A stretch of 20,411 bases of DNA from contig JBBIRR010000059.1 in NCBI GenBank assembly GCA_037441705.1, forward strand, positions 1-20,411, read 5' to 3'. Below, one piece after another: positions 1 to 6,839 of the stretch (position 1 is the first letter of the stretch; each line of letters opens with the position of its first letter). Source of the DNA: Ignavibacteriales bacterium. GTDB lineage: Bacteria; Bacteroidota; Ignavibacteria; UBA10030; UBA6906. The translations under genes were made by a program, and so were the position numbers. Under the pieces are notes generated by a model. It did not search any database. It had not been told where the DNA came from and was given only the letters and a program-made list of their open reading frames with translations.

Positions 1-4
1 ACGT

Positions 5-46
5 CTGTCATGCTGAGCTGCGCCTTCCAGCAGCGAAGCATCCAGA
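5..46 (+). repeat. YGTC-tagged palindromic repeat, type A, copy 1
   Basis: ctgtc-ATGCT-GA-GCTGC-gccttcca-GCAGC-GA-AGCAT-ccaga: two stems separated by a tandem GA/GA mismatch. Related copies at 69, 512, 651, 6169 and 6618. Confidence 0.9.
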
Positions 47-68
47 ACCCTGCGCAGGTGAGAACCAC

Positions 69-110
69 CTGTCATGCTGAGCCCTGCTTCCCAAGGGCGA
101 AGCATCCAGA
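69..110 (+). repeat. YGTC-tagged palindromic repeat, type A, copy 2
   Basis: ctgtc-ATGCT-GA-GCCCT-gcttccca-AGGGC-GA-AGCAT-ccaga, identical over 42 bp to 512-553. Confidence 0.9.
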
Positions 111-135
111 CCCACGTCTCTTGGCGGAATGGTAT

Positions 136-420
136 TCACCAGCTCTCCGCCAGATCATGCCAGTCAGGATTGGCTGATTCGATGAGCGCGAGCTTCTTCA
201 CACGCAGCCAGCCCTTGATTTGCTTCTCTCGTGTGATTGCTTGGCGCGCATCGCTGAACTCCTCGAAGTAAACGAGCTTGTCGAGACCATATTTGGCAGT
301 AAAGCCTGGCAAAAGTTTGTGCTTGTGTTCGTAGACGCGACGCACCAAATCATTAGTAATTCCAACGTACAGCGTCCCATTACGCTTGTTGGTCATGATG
401 TAGACGAAGAACTGTTTCAT
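136..420 (-). CDS. Small stand-alone GIY-YIG nuclease (UPF0213/YhbQ-like)
   Basis: 94 aa with FVYIM...TLYVGITNDLVRRVYEH...AITREKQIKGWLR...ESANPDW. The VY/YVG motifs and the catalytic-type Arg, His and Glu are all present. Confidence 0.92.
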   Translation of the reverse strand: MKQFFVYIMTNKRNGTLYVGITNDLVRRVYEHKHKLLPGFTAKYGLDKLVYFEEFSDARQAITREKQIKGWLRVKKLALIESANPDWHDLAESW

Positions 421-444
421 CTATTCATCTGATGAAGGCACTGA

Positions 445-489
445 TTCTGGACTTTTGGCCCTAAGCGAAGCCGAAAGGCTCAGAGTGAC
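445..489 (-). repeat. Inverted partner repeat, type B (degenerate)
   Basis: ttctggact...ccctaagcgaagccgaaaggctcagagtgac, a shorter version of 576-630. On the minus strand it reads GTCACTCTGAGC...AGTCCAGA. Confidence 0.8.
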
Positions 490-511
490 GAGTTCTCAAC
501 GCACAAGCGGT

Positions 512-553
512 CTGTCATGCTGAGCCCTGCTTCCCAAGGGCGAAGCATCCAGA
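512..553 (+). repeat. YGTC-tagged palindromic repeat, type A, copy 3
   Basis: Identical to 69-110. Confidence 0.9.
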
Positions 554-572
554 ACCGAGTACCTGCAAAGCC

Positions 573-630
573 CGGTTCTGGACTCTTCGCGGAGTTTACC
601 CTGAGGCAAGCCGAAGGGCTCAGAGTGACA
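573..630 (-). repeat. Inverted partner repeat, type B, with nested hairpin
   Basis: Minus strand reads tgtc-ACTCT-GA-GC...GC-GA-AGAGT-ccagaaccg. It contains CCCT-GA-GGC-aa-GCC-GA-AGGG (599-618) on the + strand. tccagaaccg (548-557) pairs with cggttctgga (573-582). Confidence 0.85.
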
Positions 631-650
631 ATTTCCTTACACACAAGCGT

Positions 651-688
651 CTGTCATGCTGAGCTGTGCTTTCCAGCAGCGAAGCATC
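651..688 (+). repeat. YGTC-tagged palindromic repeat, type A, copy 4
   Basis: ctgtc-ATGCT-GA-GCTGT-gctttcca-GCAGC-GA-AGCAT-c. Its end overlaps the stop codon (687-689) of the metal-binding protein gene. Confidence 0.88.
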
Positions 689-1562
689 ACTTCAACGCCG
701 CCGCCAGCGTCGCAATGTTGTAGTCCATCAAACTGATGTAGTCCTTCGCCTGGTCCACCCCGCCGACGGACGTCGCCAGCCGCACGATCTTCACCTCCGT
801 TGCGCGGGCAATCTGTTCCGGCGCACTCGTGTCGTAAAACGGCTCCACGACGATAGCCTTGATGCCCCCATCCCGCACCTTTCGAATCAACTGCGCCGTG
901 TGACTCGGACTCGGCTGGATGCCCGGCTTCGGCTCCACCTGATCCACAACGTCGAGTCCGAGCCAGTTGGCAAAGTACGTCCAGCTGCGATGAAATGTAA
1001 TGAGTTTGCTCCCACGGAACGGCTTCATTGTCGCCTCCCACTCCGCTATCTTCGCGTCGAGCTTCTTGAGATAGCGCTCGGCGTTTGCGCGGAACAGCTG
1101 CTCATCTGCCGGCGACACCCTGGTCAGCGACGCGACGATCTCATCCAGAATCACCCGGACATTCCTCGGATCGAGCCAGTAGTGTGGGTTGCCGTACCTG
1201 TGCACGTCGCCCTGACTCGCATCCACCTTCGTCGGCACTTCCATCTTCTCAATGGGTCGGGACAGATCCACCACCACCAGCCGATCGTTCCGTGAACCGT
1301 CAATGATCTGCTGCGCCCACAGTTCCAATTCCAATCCGATCATCAAAAAAACATCAGCTGACTTCAGCTTCAGCATGTAGCTCGGCTTCACATCAACGAA
1401 ATGGGGATTCTGATTCCCTCGCACAATAAAGTCCACCTGAACTTTCTCGCCGCCGATCTGCTTCGTCAGGTCGGCAAGATCGGGGAGTGTTGTTACGACT
1501 TTTACATCGGCATGCGATGCGACGGCGAAGAGTGGTAGGAGAAGAAGAAACGGAACTCTCAT
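687..1562 (-). CDS. Metal ABC transporter substrate-binding protein (ZnuA/TroA, cluster A-I; Zn/Mn-type)
   Basis: Signal peptide, then KVVTT, QNPHFVDVKPS, GDVHRYGNPHYWLDP, ITFHRSWTYF, EPKPGIQPSPSH and IVVEP. AGAGG SD upstream. Confidence 0.92.
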   Translation of the reverse strand: MRVPFLLLLPLFAVASHADVKVVTTLPDLADLTKQIGGEKVQVDFIVRGNQNPHFVDVKPSYMLKLKSADVFLMIGLELELWAQQIIDGSRNDRLVVVDLSRPIEKMEVPTKVDASQGDVHRYGNPHYWLDPRNVRVILDEIVASLTRVSPADEQLFRANAERYLKKLDAKIAEWEATMKPFRGSKLITFHRSWTYFANWLGLDVVDQVEPKPGIQPSPSHTAQLIRKVRDGGIKAIVVEPFYDTSAPEQIARATEVKIVRLATSVGGVDQAKDYISLMDYNIATLAAALK

Positions 1563-1610
1563 GGTCTAACCTCTGCGTTGATTCACAAGTGTAGATTCGA
1601 GATTCATCAG

Positions 1611-2741
1611 TCAGAACGGATGAGCTTTATGCGGCCCGAGCGAGAACAGCACCTGCACGCCGATACTGTTGACCGACTGCGCACCGCCGGGCGCTTCCGA
1701 TCGTGTGTTCTGATACTGCACGCGCAGACCGAGTGTCTCTTCGACGGGATAGTATCCGAAGAAGATCGCTACGGCCCGCGCGTTATCATCGCCGCTGTAG
1801 GGCGATTGGCTCCAATCGAACCGGGCACCGATGCTGTACGTCTTGAGAAACTGATAGTCGGCGTAGAGATACAAACCCGCGCTGGTGATACGTCGTGTGT
1901 GCGGGTTGCCGTTCTCGTCGAGAAACGGATTGAAGTCCCGGTCCTGTGCTGCCGTTCGTCGGTTGAAGAGAACCTCGCCCTGCACCGTCAACGACGTGTA
2001 CATGTCGGGCTTGTACTTGTACTTGAAATCCACATTCCAATACCAGAAGCGCTGGCGATGGTACGGGTCGTGGATGCCGGTGTAGAAACTGACGCCGGTC
2101 TCGAGATCGGAATACTCGCCGACGGGAAAGAAGCCCATCAGCCTGCCTGCAGCGGCATAGGTCGGTTTCGCGCCCGTCGTGTCTTCGATGCCCGTCGCCT
2201 CGCCGATAGGAATGCCGCGCAGCAGATCGAGCGTGAGCTTGCTGTACACATCGCCTGTGGGCAGCAGCGTGCTGAGCGAGATGCCGAGATCGTTCAGACC
2301 TTCTTCACCCAAAAATCGCTGAGCCGATAGCGGTTGGGTGATGAAGGGCCATTGATGCGGGTGCATCATGTTGAGCTTGCCGAAGTCCACGCGGTACTTG
2401 CCGAGCCGGACGTTCAAGTCGAGCGGCAGGCCGCGCAGCACGCTGACGTACAGTTCCTCCAACCCCAACTTTCCCTCTTCGACGTCGGGACCGGGAAGTG
2501 TGAGGACAACGTCGGCGCGGGCAAACGGGTTCAGGTACGCGGCGACCACCATTTCGAGTTCCTGAAATTGGAAGTCAGGACGAGCAAACTCGCGGATACC
2601 TTCGCCGAGGCGTTCGCCGTCATTGGTCTCGATGAGAAAGCGCGGAATGACGCTGATGTCGGGATTGATGGTTGTTTGTGCGTTGCCGGCTCCCGACACA
2701 AGCGCGAGCAACGCCAGCAGAATGCACGTTCTGCACGGCAT
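1611..2741 (-). CDS. Outer-membrane beta-barrel (porin-like), probable metal-uptake channel
   Basis: Signal peptide, INPDISVI, FGKLNMMHPHQWPF, alternating aromatic beta-strands and a C-terminal His motif LGPHKAHPF. Strong AGGAGG SD. Lies directly upstream of the ZnuA-like gene. Confidence 0.75.
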   Translation of the reverse strand: MPCRTCILLALLALVSGAGNAQTTINPDISVIPRFLIETNDGERLGEGIREFARPDFQFQELEMVVAAYLNPFARADVVLTLPGPDVEEGKLGLEELYVSVLRGLPLDLNVRLGKYRVDFGKLNMMHPHQWPFITQPLSAQRFLGEEGLNDLGISLSTLLPTGDVYSKLTLDLLRGIPIGEATGIEDTTGAKPTYAAAGRLMGFFPVGEYSDLETGVSFYTGIHDPYHRQRFWYWNVDFKYKYKPDMYTSLTVQGEVLFNRRTAAQDRDFNPFLDENGNPHTRRITSAGLYLYADYQFLKTYSIGARFDWSQSPYSGDDNARAVAIFFGYYPVEETLGLRVQYQNTRSEAPGGAQSVNSIGVQVLFSLGPHKAHPF

Positions 2742-2745
2742 GGAA

Positions 2746-2809
2746 TCCTCCTGACAAAAATTATGCGTGAAATGAAATAGACGCGTTGGAGTGCTATGCG
2801 CAGGGAGGA
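2746..2809 (-). promoter_or_regulatory. Putative anti-SD/SD hairpin sequestering the ribosome-binding site of the beta-barrel gene
   Basis: In the mRNA, UCCUCC(CUG) lies within the Gly-Pro-Pro codons of the leader (2809-2801) and is complementary to the SD CAGGAGGA (2753-2746). Confidence 0.6.
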
Positions 2810-3141
2810 CCGCGCTTGCCGGAGGAAATGACGTCAGGTTCGGAAGTGGATGAACACGGCGTGAGTTGCAGCGTGTGGCTCACGTCCGTCGGATCGGTGC
2901 CCACGACGTGCCCCGTGCCGACCGCAATCCGTTGGACGAAGGGTGAACAGGCAAGACAATGCCGCGCCTGGTCGGCCGGAATGTGTTTCTCGTGAGCGCC
3001 GCAGTCATGCGTTGCAACGACGGGCAGCGATTCCAGCAACAGGCTTGCCGCATCGTGGTGCGCAAGCTCAAGCAAGCCGCTGCCGAGAAGATACCCGATC
3101 AGCACCGCAACAACACGACTATGTCGCAAGAACGATGTCAT
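2794..3141 (-). CDS. His/Cys-rich leader protein with N-terminal membrane segment, CxxC and C-terminal RGPP (DUF2946/CutF/CruR-like)
   Basis: 115 aa: hydrophobic VVAVLIGYLLGSGLL, then AHHD, HDCGAHEKH, RHCLAC, ending KRGPPCA*. First gene of the metal-uptake unit. Confidence 0.75.
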   Translation of the reverse strand: MTSFLRHSRVVAVLIGYLLGSGLLELAHHDAASLLLESLPVVATHDCGAHEKHIPADQARHCLACSPFVQRIAVGTGHVVGTDPTDVSHTLQLTPCSSTSEPDVISSGKRGPPCA

Positions 3142-3150
3142 CGTGGGTAC

Positions 3151-3179
3151 AATATACGCGGAGCGGCGCGGAGATACAA
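3151..3179 (-). promoter_or_regulatory. Sigma70-type promoter of the leader/metal-uptake operon
   Basis: TTGTAT-N17-TATATT, 9 nt upstream of the ATG at 3141. No SD, so the transcript would be nearly leaderless. Confidence 0.6.
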
Positions 3180-3220
3180 GCAGGCGCTGTTCGCGCGCGG
3201 GGTTTCGACGGAAGTGGCGG

Positions 3221-3304
3221 GAATTCAGGGTTCGCGGTTCGGAGTTTGAGGTTTAGGGTTCAAGATTCAGGGTTCAGGATGCAAGATGCAAGATGCAGGA
3301 TGCA
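3221..3304. repeat. Degenerate heptamer tandem repeat, 12 units
   Basis: gaattca gggttcg cggttcg gagtttg aggttta gggttca agattca gggttca ggatgca agatgca agatgca ggatgca. Confidence 0.85.
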
Positions 3305-3321
3305 CGGATCGGAACAGAATT

Positions 3322-3356
3322 AGGTCGCCCCGATGGGGCTTGTGCGATGTCTTTGC
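3322..3356 (+). repeat. Dispersed REP-like hairpin (GCCCC-gat-GGGGC)
   Basis: aggtcgccccgatggggcttgtgcgatgtctttgc matches 6227-6261 at 33/35. Confidence 0.85.
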
Positions 3357-3515
3357 CGCACGAGAATAACCAATTTGATGATGAGAGGAAAGCCCTTCTG
3401 CTTGCATCGAACTTGTCCTGTCACGAATCCGCGCGCTCTCTACCATCATTCTCCAAAAATTCCTTCATTATGTCTGTTGTATTCCCTGCTTGAGTGTTGC
3501 ACAACCGAGGACAAC

Positions 3516-5633
3516 ATGTACCGGCTTATGATGATAACCGCATTACTCTTTGCCCGGCTCGATCAGGCGTCTGCTCAGGAACAGCCGACACCGCAGCCCC
3601 CCAAGGCGAAAATTCAGATGACGCGCCTCGTAAAACATGGCCACGAACGCCGCGATTACTACTACTGGCTCCGCGAGCGTGATAATCCGGAAGTGATCGA
3701 GTACCTCAAGGCGGAGAATGCTTACACCGACGCCGTGATGGCGCCGTACAAGAATCTCGAAGAGAAACTCTACGCCGAGATGCTGGCGCGCATCAAACAA
3801 TCGGACCTTTCCGTTCCTTACAAACTCGATGACTACTACTATTACACACGCTACGAAGAAGGCAAGGAATATCCCATCTACTGCCGGCGACGGGGTTCGA
3901 TGGAAGCGCCCGAAGAGGTGATGATTGATGGGAATGCAATGGCGCGCGGACACGCCTACTTCGCAGTCGGAAGCACCGCCATCAGCTTCGGGCAGGATAT
4001 TCTTGCCTTTGCGGTTGACACCGTCGGACGGCGACTGTACACGATTCGCTTCAAGAATCTGACGACGGGTGAAATGCTTTCCGATGAAATTCGTTCCTCC
4101 ACGGCCAACATTGCATGGGCGAACGACAACCGCACGCTGTTCTACACGAAGCAAGATCCGACCACGCTGCGCCCGTTCCAGATCTATCGTCACACGCTCG
4201 GCACCGATCCTGCGCGTGATGTGCTTGTCTATGAAGAAAAGGACGAAACCTTCTCGTGTCACGTTTTTCGGACGAAGTCCAAGCAGTTCCTCATGATTGC
4301 TTCCACGCAAACGCTCAGCTCGGAGTATCGCTTCCTCGACGCAAACACGCCGGAAGGCGAGTTCAAAGTGTTTTTGCCGCGCGAACGCAACCACGAGTAT
4401 GCGGTTGACCATTTTGAAAATTACTTCTACATCCGGTCGAACGATCGCGCGAAAAATTTCCGTCTGATGCGCACACCCGTCGGCGATACGCGCAAGACCG
4501 CCTGGCGGAACGTCATTCTGCACCGCAAGAATGTGCTGCTGGAAGATTTCGAAATCTTTCGTGACTTCCTCGTGTTGACCGAACGAAAGAACGGCCTGCG
4601 TCAGCTTCGCGTTCTGCCGTGGATCGGTTCCGGCGAGCATTACATTGCGTTCGATGAACCGACCTACACCGTGGCGCTGGATGTGAACCCGGACTTCAAC
4701 ACGCGGCTCGTGCGCTTTCGCTATCAGTCGCTCGTGACACCCAACTCCGTGTACGACTACGACATGGCGGGCAAAACCCGGAAACTGCTGAAGCAGGATG
4801 AGGTGCTGGGCGGTTACGATCCGTCGCAGTATGAATCCGAGCGGCGGTACGCTCGCGCACAGGACGGCACGCTCGTTCCCATCTCGATGGTGTACAAGAA
4901 GGGAATGAAGAAGGATGGAACGAATCCGCTGCTGCTGTACGGGTACGGCTCGTACGGCATCAGCACGGACGCGACGTTTGCATCGTCGCGGTTGAGTTTG
5001 CTCGATCGCGGCTTCATTTACGCCATCGCGCACGTACGCGGCGGGCAGGAGTTGGGGCGTGATTGGTATGAGGATGGAAAACTCCTGAAGAAGAAGAACA
5101 CCTTCACCGATTTCATCGCGTGCGCAAGGTATCTGATCGACGAAAAGTACACCAATCCCGATAAGCTGTTTGCCATCGGCGGCAGCGCGGGCGGGCTGCT
5201 GATGGGCGCGGTGGTGAACATGGCGCCGCAGTGGTTCAAGGGCGTCGTAGCGCTTGTCCCGTTCGTCGATGTGGTGACCACGATGTTGGATGAGAGCATT
5301 CCGCTGACGACCGCCGAATACGATGAATGGGGAAACCCCAACGAGAAGAAGTACTACGACTACATGCTCTCCTACTCGCCCTATGACAACGTCGAAGCAA
5401 AGGCGTATCCCAACATGCTGGTGATGGCGGGCTTGCACGACTCGCAAGTCCAGTACTGGGAGCCGGCAAAGTGGGTGGCGAAGCTCCGCGCGATGAAAAC
5501 GGACAACAACCAGCTGCTGCTGAAGACCAACATGGAGGCGGGTCACAGCGGCGCCTCCGGCCGGTTCCGCAGGCTGCGCGAGACGGCTTTCCAGTATACG
5601 TTTCTGCTGCGGCTTGCCGGCATCACCGCATGA
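3516..5633 (+). CDS. ptrB: Oligopeptidase B (protease II, S9A)
   Basis: DYYYWLRER, LYGYGSYG, AHVRGGQELG, nucleophile motif GGSAGG, EYDEWGNP, HDSQVQYWEPAKWVAKLR and AGHSG. Start set at ATG 3516 (GAGGA SD, followed by a signal peptide) rather than 3333. Confidence 0.95.
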   Translation: MYRLMMITALLFARLDQASAQEQPTPQPPKAKIQMTRLVKHGHERRDYYYWLRERDNPEVIEYLKAENAYTDAVMAPYKNLEEKLYAEMLARIKQSDLSVPYKLDDYYYYTRYEEGKEYPIYCRRRGSMEAPEEVMIDGNAMARGHAYFAVGSTAISFGQDILAFAVDTVGRRLYTIRFKNLTTGEMLSDEIRSSTANIAWANDNRTLFYTKQDPTTLRPFQIYRHTLGTDPARDVLVYEEKDETFSCHVFRTKSKQFLMIASTQTLSSEYRFLDANTPEGEFKVFLPRERNHEYAVDHFENYFYIRSNDRAKNFRLMRTPVGDTRKTAWRNVILHRKNVLLEDFEIFRDFLVLTERKNGLRQLRVLPWIGSGEHYIAFDEPTYTVALDVNPDFNTRLVRFRYQSLVTPNSVYDYDMAGKTRKLLKQDEVLGGYDPSQYESERRYARAQDGTLVPISMVYKKGMKKDGTNPLLLYGYGSYGISTDATFASSRLSLLDRGFIYAIAHVRGGQELGRDWYEDGKLLKKKNTFTDFIACARYLIDEKYTNPDKLFAIGGSAGGLLMGAVVNMAPQWFKGVVALVPFVDVVTTMLDESIPLTTAEYDEWGNPNEKKYYDYMLSYSPYDNVEAKAYPNMLVMAGLHDSQVQYWEPAKWVAKLRAMKTDNNQLLLKTNMEAGHSGASGRFRRLRETAFQYTFLLRLAGITA

Positions 5634-5655
5634 GCCGAGCTGCGCACACATTACA

Positions 5656-6114
5656 ATGAGTCGTGCAGCAAACCATAGCGCTCCAGGAGCAAAGCCGTTG
5701 AATGCGCTCACACGCGGCCTGCTCATTGCGGCGGGCACACTCTCGCTTGCCATCGGCGTGGTCGGCGCGTTTGTGCCCGTGCTGCCAACCACGCCGTTCG
5801 TGCTTCTTGCGGCATTCTGTTACGTGCGCAGCTCGCAGAAGCTCTACGAGCGACTCATGCGCAGCCGCTTTGCCAACAAGCATGTTCACGGCGTGCTTGC
5901 GGGACACGGCATCGCGCTCTCCGTCAAGATTGTCTCGCTCGCAGTCTCTGCCGTCATGATCGGCTACGTGAGCGTGTTTGTCACGGAAAGCTTCATGGTG
6001 CGGATGCTGTTGGGATTGCTGTACATCGTGCAGTTGTTCTTCATGCTGAAGATCAAGACACTGAAACACCCGCTGCCGACCGCCGCGCAGAATGAGTCGT
6101 TAGAAAGAGTGTGA
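5656..6114 (+). CDS. ybaN: YbaN/DUF454 family inner-membrane protein
   Basis: IGVVGAFVPVLPTTPFVLLAAFCYVRSSQKLYERL is the family signature. Start taken at ATG 5656. Confidence 0.88.
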   Translation: MSRAANHSAPGAKPLNALTRGLLIAAGTLSLAIGVVGAFVPVLPTTPFVLLAAFCYVRSSQKLYERLMRSRFANKHVHGVLAGHGIALSVKIVSLAVSAVMIGYVSVFVTESFMVRMLLGLLYIVQLFFMLKIKTLKHPLPTAAQNESLERV

Positions 6115-6167
6115 GCAATACCGGCGCCCGCCAGCAATTGAACGTCACGACGTACGCGCGCGCACAC

Positions 6168-6225
6168 ACCGTCATGCTGAGCGCTGCTTTCCCAGCGCGA
6201 AGCATCCAGACCCGGTGAACATGAT
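6168..6225 (+). repeat. CGTC-tagged type A repeat plus 3' extension, copy 5
   Basis: accgtc-ATGCT-GA-GCGCTG-ctttcc-CAGCGC-GA-AGCAT-ccagacccggtgaacatgat, a 58-bp near-identical direct repeat of 6617-6674. Confidence 0.9.
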
Positions 6226-6429
6226 CAGGTCGCCCCGATGGGGCTTGCCCGATGTCTTTGCGGTTGCGTTCTACAAACAGTGCCGCTCCTACGGTGCGGG
6301 TGTTGCCTACATGAGTCTGTGAGGGCGAGCTGTTGCCGAGCGTGTCCAACCAACGTGAGTCCCGTAGGGACGACCTGTTTGTAGCACTGACAATGCCTAA
6401 AAGAACGTAAGCCCCGTAGGGGCGACCTG
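6226..6429. repeat. Nested inverted REP doublets (REPIN/BIME-like), CCCCGTAGGGG family
   Basis: caggtcgccccgatggggctt (6226-6246) is the inverse of aagccccgtaggggcgacctg (6409-6429) at 19/21. ctacaaacag...cctacgg (6271-6297) is an imperfect inverse of gtcccgtagggacgacctgtttgtag (6359-6384). Confidence 0.85.
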
Positions 6430-6490
6430 TATCGGCTCGCCGCGTTGACACTCCGTTCGGCGTTTCTCTCGTGATCACCAAGTTTTCAGT

Positions 6491-6581
6491 CCGTCGCTAC
6501 GCGACGGGTGTGATGATGCGTATATAATTCGTATCCCGACCTTGAAGGGTCGGGCTATGGTCGTGAGGTCACTACGTGACC
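6491..6581. repeat. Three-hairpin REP-like unit
   Basis: CCGTCGC-tac-GCGACGG (6491-6507), CCCGACC-ttgaag-GGTCGGG (6535-6554) and GGTCAC-tac-GTGACC (6567-6581). Confidence 0.75.
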
Positions 6582-6616
6582 CAGCAGTGCGCTACTTGCA
6601 GACATTGCTTGCCTAA

Positions 6617-6674
6617 ACCGTCATGCTGAGCGCTGTTTTCCCAGCCCGAAGCATCCAGACCCGGCGAACATGAT
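6617..6674 (+). repeat. CGTC-tagged type A repeat plus 3' extension, copy 6
   Basis: accgtcatgctgagcgctgttttcccagcccgaagcatccagacccggcgaacatgat. Confidence 0.9.
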
Positions 6675-6675
6675 T

Positions 6676-6700
6676 GTAGGGACATGCCTCCGGCATGTCC
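6676..6700 (+). repeat. GTAG-tagged REP
   Basis: GTAG followed by the perfect hairpin GGACATGCC-tcc-GGCATGTCC. Only one copy in the window. Confidence 0.7.
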
Positions 6701-6787
6701 TGCTGGAAGCGTACAGACAACGCGCATGGTCAACGCAAGGAATCAGCATTCCTCACATCAGGCCACGGATGAGCCGGGCGCCGAAAA

Positions 6788-6839
6788 CCCTTCGACTCCG
6801 TCCCGCTGAAAAGGGGCGGGACTGCGCTCAGCGTGACGG
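6788..6839 (-). repeat. Inverted CGTC-tagged repeat with an internal hairpin
   Basis: Minus strand ccgtcacgctgagcgca-GTCCCGC-cccttttca-GCGGGAC-ggagtcgaaggg. It faces copy 6617-6674. Confidence 0.75.

Noticed and set aside
1-690. CRISPR array (recurring ~40-bp repeats with short spacers)
   Set aside because: Repeats occur in both orientations, vary by compensatory changes, are irregularly spaced, enclose a gene and recur 6 kb away. No cas genes are present. The pattern fits REP/BIME-like repeats.
74-723. Twin ORFs starting MLSPASQGRSIQ (74-271 and 517-723)
   Set aside because: The shared N-terminus is just the identical 42-bp repeat read in frame. There is no SD, and one ORF is antisense to the GIY-YIG gene.
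3333-3515. 61-aa N-terminal extension of oligopeptidase B
   Set aside because: It begins inside a REP hairpin. ATG 3516 has an SD and is followed by a signal peptide.
3543-5792. 749-aa minus-strand ORF
   Set aside because: It is the antisense shadow of ptrB in a GC-rich genome and has no recognisable motifs. The same applies to 666-1295, 1578-2330, 7073-7828, 8110-9060, 9487-10224 and 14083-14868.
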